Below are positions 58,230 to 64,000 of a stretch of 64,000 nucleotides of DNA, piece by piece (within the stretch, counting starts at the first letter, position 1; each line of letters starts with the position of its first letter). This stretch comes from Myxococcales bacterium (GTDB lineage: Bacteria > Myxococcota_A > UBA9042 > UBA3505). A program made the translations under genes and the position numbers. Where the stretch lies: assembly GCA_002728755.1 (NCBI GenBank), contig PBVT01000008.1, positions 5,189 to 69,188 of the forward strand. Reading direction: 5' to 3'. The notes beneath the pieces were generated by a model. It saw only the letters and a program-made list of their open reading frames with translations. It was not told the origin of the DNA and did no database searches.

Positions 58230-58816
58230 CCGAGCTCTTCCACCAATAGTCCCATAGCAACAAGGTCGAGGACCGTATCGGATTCCTGGATATACACTTC
58301 TTTTCGAAGCAGTCCCTCTTTTTGAAAACCGTACCTTTCATACATTTCAATCGCTCGATCGTTATCGGAATACACCAACAACGAGATCTTTCGGACAATC
58401 GGGTTTTCACGAGCCCATTGTAGACCACGATCCATAAGGTCTCGCCCGATACCGAGTCCCCACAGCTCTTTCTGAACCGCGATACCAAGTTGTACAACAT
58501 GGCGGTTTCGAGCCAGCGGAGAGCCTTGTAATGTGAGAAAGCCCACGGCGTCACGCCCCCGCAGGGCAAGTAATAAGCACGAATTATCCAGGTAACGATA
58601 GCGCCGGATTAGATGGCGCTCCTCTTCCACATCGTAATCGTAATCCACGAGACTCTGCAGGAGGTTATGCGTCTCCGAAAACACCTGCCTTTTGAGCCTG
58701 CGTAATGTAGCGGCATCTGTCTCGCGCGCTTCACGCAGCACCATATCGGACAACCACGCCTGTCCCTCGGGCTTTTCGTTGCGTTCCTTGATCATCGAAG
58801 TAGACCTACCTGGCAT
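58226..58816 (-). CDS. GNAT family N-acetyltransferase (RimJ/RimL-like)
   Basis: Acetyl-CoA binding motif VQLGIAVQKELWGLGIGRDLM with the typical C-terminal region. It overlaps the upstream gene by 4 nt. Confidence 0.7.
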   Translation of the reverse strand: MPGRSTSMIKERNEKPEGQAWLSDMVLREARETDAATLRRLKRQVFSETHNLLQSLVDYDYDVEEERHLIRRYRYLDNSCLLLALRGRDAVGFLTLQGSPLARNRHVVQLGIAVQKELWGLGIGRDLMDRGLQWARENPIVRKISLLVYSDNDRAIEMYERYGFQKEGLLRKEVYIQESDTVLDLVAMGLLVEELG

Positions 58817-58950
58817 ATGCCAAAGAACTATTTCTATAGATTTCCTGGCATGGAGCCGATCTCAACCTTATGCTGTACAGAATTGCAACAAAGAAGAAAT
58901 GCTCCATGCTTTAGAGATAGAGTCAACGATCGGCGCCACCAATAGATTTT

Positions 58951-59706
58951 GTGGCGTTGACCTATCAGAAACCCACTCCCTATAATCCAGCGCATATGAC
59001 GGACGATAACAATCAGAACGGCTCCAATGGAAGCGACGGCCTGGATGATATCCTGAAGCGTGCTTCTGCCGACGCCTCGCGAGAAAGGGAAGAGATCGAA
59101 GCGAAGCTTAAGGCCGAAGCAGCGGATCGGGAAGCCCAGGAGAAGGCCGACCTCGAGCGCCGACGGCAAGACTTGTTGGAACAGCGAGAAGACGCTATCC
59201 GCAAACGTCAAAGTCAGCTCATGAACCAACCGGAGATGCAGTCGCTACAAACAAGCTCTCCCGAGGCATCTACAGAGCGTGTGGTTCCTGCTGACGATTT
59301 AGGCTTTGGCCAACAGAAAATACGATTAATGGCTGCCATCATCGGGTTGACCGCGATCGTAGCGGTTTCCGCTGTCATCTTCATCCCCAAGGAGAAGAAG
59401 CCTGCCCCGGAAGAACCCAACCCCACTGCGAACCAGGTAGATACAAGTAGTTCTGCCGCGGATGTCACGTCCACCAAGAAAGAAGATGCCACGGTTACTG
59501 TTACCGATGCTCCGAGCGCCAGTGCAGAGACTGTCCAGAGCCAGGCGGATAGTGGAACCGACACCAAAGAGATCATCAGCGAGCCAAAAAAGAAAAAGGC
59601 CACGAAAAAGCGTCGACGTGCACGAACCAACAAGAAACCACGAAAGAAGCCTGTAAAACGTCCACGCCGAAAGAAGATTCAGATCGACGACGATGATTCC
59701 TTTTGA
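58951..59706 (+). CDS. hypothetical bitopic protein: acidic coiled-coil N-terminus, TM helix, Ser/Thr-rich segment, extremely Lys/Arg-rich C-terminus
   Basis: A TM helix LMAAIIGLTAIVAVSAVIFI. The C-terminus reads KKKKATKKRRRARTNKKPRKKPVKRPRRKK. The gene lies 28 nt upstream of the AAA ATPase gene. Confidence 0.4.
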   Translation: MALTYQKPTPYNPAHMTDDNNQNGSNGSDGLDDILKRASADASREREEIEAKLKAEAADREAQEKADLERRRQDLLEQREDAIRKRQSQLMNQPEMQSLQTSSPEASTERVVPADDLGFGQQKIRLMAAIIGLTAIVAVSAVIFIPKEKKPAPEEPNPTANQVDTSSSAADVTSTKKEDATVTVTDAPSASAETVQSQADSGTDTKEIISEPKKKKATKKRRRARTNKKPRKKPVKRPRRKKIQIDDDDSF

Positions 59707-59733
59707 TGGATTGGACCATAGGGTTGAACCGGC

Positions 59734-61209
59734 ATGACACAAGCCAATAACGACCTTCTTCAGGCCCTTGCTGATATCGATCGTATTGTCCTTTTACAGG
59801 TACAGGACGAGCGCTATGCCCAAGAGGCCGTTCAAGGCTGTGCAGAACAATTGGGCTGTTCCTGGACGACCTGGGATCTGGGTTCGGACGGGGCCGAAGA
59901 GGATCCCTTACAAAGCCTCAACCAATATATAGACACCCATAGCGGCGATTGGATTTTGTCCTTTGACCTGGCCGACCGGATATCCGACCCCGTATTTGCA
60001 CGCCAATTGATTCAACGTTCGAAGGCGTCGGACGGCCCCGTACTCATTATCGCGGTGGACGGCCCCCGTCCTGCTCCAGCTCTCCAACCCTATGTCCGAT
60101 TCGTAAAGCTACCCGTTCCTTCCATAGAAGACACGATTCAACGGGTCATCCGGGGCTTAAAGAATACGGGCTGGAAAGAACCCAAGAAGGATAAAGAGTT
60201 ACCGGTTCGCCTCGCCCGGCTCGTTCGAATGATGCACGGCTTATCCCTCACTCGACTCGACCGAACCGTCCAACGACTGGCGAATCAAGACCCAATGCTT
60301 GGAGAGAAAGCACAAGAGCTGGTCCAGCAAGCTCGCCGAGAACAACTGCACGACCTGGAATTCCTCGAGATGATCGAGAATACACCGTCGGAAAATCAGA
60401 TTGGTGGTCTAGAAGTGCTGCAAGAGTGGCTTCATCGACGAAGACGCGCGACACAGCTGGGTGTATTGCAGCGAACCGTTCCCCCTCCTCGGGGCATGTT
60501 ATTGGTCGGTGTCCCCGGTTGTGGAAAGAGTCTCGCGGCACAGGTTAGCGCAAGTGTTTTTCAGGTACCTCTACTCCGACTGGAGTTCGGTAGACTTCGT
60601 GGAAACACCGAAGGTCCCGAGCGGCGGCTTCTCCGTTGCCTGGCAGAAGCCGATAAAGCAGCACCATGCGTTCTCTGGTTGGACGAGATCGACCACGCCC
60701 TCGGAACCGTTGCCACGCACCAGGAAAATCAAGGATTGGTGGGGACATTAACGTCCTGGCTCCAGGAGCATGAGACGGAAGTCTTTGTCGCAGCGACAGC
60801 CAACCGAGTCGAAATGCTACCACCGGAGCTGGTTCGAAAAGGACGTTTCGACGAGATCTTCTTTGTCGATCTGCCGAACCGCACCGAGCGAGCTGACATC
60901 TTACGGGTTCACCTTCGCGCCGTAGAAGAAGACGCAACCTCCATCGATGTAGATAAGCTCGCCGAATCCACGGCCCAATACACCGGGGCCGAGCTGGAGG
61001 CGATTGTTCGGGAAGCGAAGATTGAAGCCACTCTCTCCTCCAGTGCTCTCACAACAGAGGTGATAATGGATGTGGTGAGCCAGATCGTGCCTCTCGTTCG
61101 AACCCATGAAAAGGAAATCCGGCATCTAAGGGAGTGGGCTACATACCGTGCACGTTCGGCTTCTACGGATACGGGCGTCTTGGCCTTTTTCGATTCCAAC
61201 GACGAATAG
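59734..61209 (+). CDS. AAA+ ATPase (classical AAA clade) with uncharacterised N-terminal domain
   Basis: Walker [10 protein letters not shown], Walker [10 protein letters not shown] and the second region of homology [27 protein letters not shown]. The first ~240 aa (N-terminal domain) match no known family. Confidence 0.75.
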   Translation: MTQANNDLLQALADIDRIVLLQVQDERYAQEAVQGCAEQLGCSWTTWDLGSDGAEEDPLQSLNQYIDTHSGDWILSFDLADRISDPVFARQLIQRSKASDGPVLIIAVDGPRPAPALQPYVRFVKLPVPSIEDTIQRVIRGLKNTGWKEPKKDKELPVRLARLVRMMHGLSLTRLDRTVQRLANQDPMLGEKAQELVQQARREQLHDLEFLEMIENTPSENQIGGLEVLQEWLHRRRRATQLGVLQRTVPPPRGMLLVGVPGCGKSLAAQVSASVFQVPLLRLEFGRLRGNTEGPERRLLRCLAEADKAAPCVLWLDEIDHALGTVATHQENQGLVGTLTSWLQEHETEVFVAATANRVEMLPPELVRKGRFDEIFFVDLPNRTERADILRVHLRAVEEDATSIDVDKLAESTAQYTGAELEAIVREAKIEATLSSSALTTEVIMDVVSQIVPLVRTHEKEIRHLREWATYRARSASTDTGVLAFFDSNDE

Positions 61210-61360
61210 CCGGTTCCCTCTCGAATCCCGTGACGAGGCTTGGTCTGAAGAACGTTGTACGGATTGGATTGTCCTGCTATCTTGCCAGGAGGGATTTTTG
61301 GGCAGTGGTGAAAACCACCCTGGTACAAGTCTATAAACCTACCAGAACCGAACACGATCA

Positions 61361-61663
61361 TTGATGCCAGAATTGACGAATATCAAGTCCGACACAGCCT
61401 ACTTCGTGAGCGATGGTCTCGCCTGGCGAAATGTAGATAGTGACGTCTTCGTATTCAAACCTGGTGGATCGCTGCATGTACTGGAAGGTCCGGTCGCCCA
61501 ACTTCTCTGGTGTACACTCGATAAACAGGCCTGTTCACCAGACCAACTGACAGAAGTGGTCGTGCAGAACTTCAACGTGGGTGCCCAGGACGCGGCACAG
61601 GACGTTACAGAGTTCTTTGGTGTACTCGCCGAGCAGGGCTTGATCATTGCAAACCACCCCTGA
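61361..61663 (+). CDS. PqqD-family (RiPP recognition element-like) small protein
   Basis: A 100-aa protein. The pattern FVFKPGGSLHVLEGPVAQLLWCTLDKQACSPDQLTEVVVQNFNVGAQDAAQDVTEFFGVLAEQGLI fits a PqqD/RRE winged-helix fold. Confidence 0.5.
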   Translation: MMPELTNIKSDTAYFVSDGLAWRNVDSDVFVFKPGGSLHVLEGPVAQLLWCTLDKQACSPDQLTEVVVQNFNVGAQDAAQDVTEFFGVLAEQGLIIANHP

Positions 61664-61886
61664 AGACTCGACCAGCCAGAATGTAGCCTCTCAAGTTATC
61701 TCGGAGAAATCCGAGGATCTCTGTGTAAGCACTCTACATTTGGCAACGGCGAATCTGTTCTACTGTCCGATGACCAATTCAGGGTGTAGTTCATTTGATC
61801 CTGCTGCCATTTTCTATCAAGATCCACGGAATCAAGTTGTTGTGGACCATATTTCGGGTTGACCCTTATGTGCCCGGAGGTATTCG

Positions 61887-64000
61887 ATGAAAACCCGCTC
61901 TGTTTTTTCTGTTCTTTCGTCTAAACGTTCCATCACCGCCAGACTCTATAGTCGAAGTCTAAGCTGGCATATGATTGTTTTGTTCGCGCTCTTCGCCGGT
62001 CAGGCCGGTTGCGCGGGTGGATGTGATGGTACGACACCCCTCATCGATGTTCCCGACATCAGTGATTCGGACAGCTCCGATACGATTGGCACCACAGCCT
62101 TTGTGGACTTTGCAATTGCCACCGCAAGTGGTGAGACGGGCTTCGGTGAATCGAACGTGATCCTTACCGCAGAGGACGAACCAGAGAAGTATAAGGACGT
62201 CGCTGATTTCCAGGTCGATATCGTTGTAGAAACTCGTAATGTGGAGAATGGGCAGCCTGTACAGCTGTACGTAAAAGACCAACTGGTCGATGAAACCCAG
62301 GTGCAACTCGACGCGGGTGCGGATGAAGGCAGCGCTCTATTTGAGGCCGTCACTCTCGGCCACGACACGGAAGGCTACGAAATACGTGTCGAGACCATAA
62401 ACCAGGATGGTGAAACAGCCGTCGAAGCGAAAACGGCACAAGTCAGTACCGGGTTCTGTTCCGTCGACGTTCTTCCACCGAATACAGGCTGTCTCACAGA
62501 AGATATAGATGAAGCCGGCGGTCTACAGGTCCAGCTCACCGTTCTGAACGCAGAAGCCGATTGTGATCAGGCAAGTCTGACCGTCAGTATTGATGGAGCC
62601 GATGCGGAGACCTTCGAATCCAGCCTCGACGCAAGCGGACAAGCTGTATTCGTCCTCACGGTCTCCAGTGAAGACACCGTTGATGGTCTCGGTATCGAGG
62701 TGAGCGCTCAGGTAAGTGATAGCCAGGACCCCAGCCGCACGGGTGCAACGAATCCCCTCGACTATGTAATCGACACCGTAGCGCCGACAGTACTCATCAC
62801 CGTTCCCGACAAGTCTATTTTGACCCTTGGTGATGATCTTGACGGCGACCCCTCCAATGGCCTGAACACCTTTATCGAAGGTACCGTATCGGGTGAATCT
62901 ACGGGCGAGGTCCAGCTCAATCTCGATTCTACCGAGCTCGGCCTGGTCGCTGCACAAGGTGACGGCACCTTCCGACTCGACACCGTATTTCAGGAGGCCG
63001 GAACCTTTACACTCTCTGCCGTTGTAACCGATAGCTGCGGAAACGAGGGGACCGACAGTCGAATCCTCGATATCATCCCGTCGCCGAGTGATCTTACGAT
63101 CATGACTCCAACCAACAACTCCACTTTGTTGGCGGTTGACGACAACGATCCCCAGACCTCTCTTTTCTATGAAACGCAGTTTGATGTCATGACGGGAGAT
63201 ATTCCCCTTGGCTACGACCTGAGTATCGAATGTGCCGATTCAACAACCCCCGATGTATATGTGGAGGTTGGTAGTACTCTATTGGACGTCGCCGATCCCG
63301 ACGATCGGTATCTCGTCGATGTCGTATTGAACCGCGAGTCTCTTGGAGTTACTCAGAACTGCCATGCACGCTACCAAACCCCCACTCCCAGCATATCCGG
63401 AGATGTCCAGCTGACGGTTGCCCTACCGGCTCCGACCCTTACGATTCTCGAACCGGCAACCAACTTCTCTACCAACCAGGGCGTTCTGGCCATTACAGCA
63501 TCCGCCACGGGTCTGGATGATATCGTACCGGTCGCAACCATCCTGGGTGGGGACGGAGAGCCAATCTCCGACACCACGGTGGTCGAATCCAGTTTCCAAA
63601 ACGGCGGACTGACCACACAGCTCGCCCTTGAAACAACGAACGGAATCGCTCTTCCGGATGGACCGTATACATTGCAGCTCGATGCAGACGATACCTATGG
63701 AAATGCCGCCCGTGATAATCCAGCTTCGGTGTATAGCGTCGAGTTCCGTATTGATAAGACTCCGCCTTCACTGAGCCTCATCGCTCCCGCTGTACCGGTC
63801 CTGGACCCGGAGAATGATCCCAACGCGGCCGATGTAGACCCGGATCTTGCCGGGTACCAGACAACCATCGAGATTCAAGTAACCGGTGAATCCCTACTAG
63901 AGCAGGTCCAGGTCTGTATTCAGATCAACTCGGGTGTAGAGACCTGCACAACTCCTGCCCCGGATAATGGCGTAGCCACATTTACTGCGGTCACTCTCCA
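61887..64000 (+). CDS. giant secreted/surface protein with tandem bacterial Ig-like (Big) domains, 3'-truncated by window edge
   Basis: A GGAGG ribosome-binding site 6 nt upstream of ATG 61887. The frame is open to the window end (more than 700 codons). Repeated domain starts DTVAPTVLITVP and DKTPPSLSLIAP are typical of Ig-like folds. The protein is acidic and Thr/Val/Asp-rich, with a hydrophobic signal-like segment MIVLFALFAGQAGC. Confidence 0.6.
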   Translation, partial: MKTRSVFSVLSSKRSITARLYSRSLSWHMIVLFALFAGQAGCAGGCDGTTPLIDVPDISDSDSSDTIGTTAFVDFAIATASGETGFGESNVILTAEDEPEKYKDVADFQVDIVVETRNVENGQPVQLYVKDQLVDETQVQLDAGADEGSALFEAVTLGHDTEGYEIRVETINQDGETAVEAKTAQVSTGFCSVDVLPPNTGCLTEDIDEAGGLQVQLTVLNAEADCDQASLTVSIDGADAETFESSLDASGQAVFVLTVSSEDTVDGLGIEVSAQVSDSQDPSRTGATNPLDYVIDTVAPTVLITVPDKSILTLGDDLDGDPSNGLNTFIEGTVSGESTGEVQLNLDSTELGLVAAQGDGTFRLDTVFQEAGTFTLSAVVTDSCGNEGTDSRILDIIPSPSDLTIMTPTNNSTLLAVDDNDPQTSLFYETQFDVMTGDIPLGYDLSIECADSTTPDVYVEVGSTLLDVADPDDRYLVDVVLNRESLGVTQNCHARYQTPTPSISGDVQLTVALPAPTLTILEPATNFSTNQGVLAITASATGLDDIVPVATILGGDGEPISDTTVVESSFQNGGLTTQLALETTNGIALPDGPYTLQLDADDTYGNAARDNPASVYSVEFRIDKTPPSLSLIAPAVPVLDPENDPNAADVDPDLAGYQTTIEIQVTGESLLEQVQVCIQINSGVETCTTPAPDNGVATFTAVTL

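Noticed and set aside
61959-63771. Minus-strand ORFs (61959..62306, 62000..62368, 62523..62957, 62762..62983, 63371..63616, 63493..63771)
   Set aside because: All lie antisense or off-frame within the long uninterrupted plus-strand Ig-like adhesin ORF, which has a strong ribosome-binding site and domain periodicity.

Overview
High-GC window (~58-60% by eye). The gene content resembles Myxococcota/Bradymonadota-type deltaproteobacteria: DUF1552/DUF1592 gene pairs, several eukaryotic-like Ser/Thr kinases, Cys-rich lipoproteins, TPR proteins and a sigma54 enhancer-binding protein. The organism assignment is inference only. The core of the window (8.1-23.7 kb) is a division/cell-wall (dcw) operon in the order mraZ-rsmH-ftsL-[TPR lipoprotein]-ftsI-murE-murF-mraY-ftsW-murG-murB-ftsQ-ftsA-ftsZ. 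It lacks murD, murC and ddl, carries an extra translationally coupled TPR lipoprotein gene, and ends in a strong bidirectional terminator. Flanking it are a ComEC gene, a Tat-signal DUF1552 / CxxCH-containing DUF1592 pair and a 5'-truncated c-type cytochrome CDS at the left edge. Downstream lie CinA, an FGE(SUMF1)-TPR lipoprotein immediately upstream of a Ser/Thr kinase, tRNA-Cys(GCA), an S41 C-terminal processing protease, an adenosine deaminase, a stand-alone DUF4157 zincin-like protein and a PHA-system-like small protein. Further on are a beta-barrel OMP, an ~800-bp lower-GC noncoding region with an orphan perfect bidirectional terminator, an Extensin_C-domain lipoprotein, ClpP, an operon of a sigma54 activator, a membrane protein and a methyltransferase, then proA-rsfS-rlmH, ComF, CvpA, a Cys-rich lipoprotein, a large MMPL/RND transporter and a second Ser/Thr kinase. 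The most unusual locus is a tightly coupled three-gene minus-strand operon (53.0-57.4 kb). It encodes a small Tat-signal protein, a secreted vWA-like protein with a cationic C-terminal anchor, and a 747-aa signal-less amidase_2 + split M23 peptidoglycan hydrolase. A second locus of interest pairs an AAA+ ATPase with an orphan PqqD-like (RiPP recognition element) gene next to a giant Ig-like surface protein that runs off the window end. No CRISPR array, rRNA, transposase or integrase was seen.
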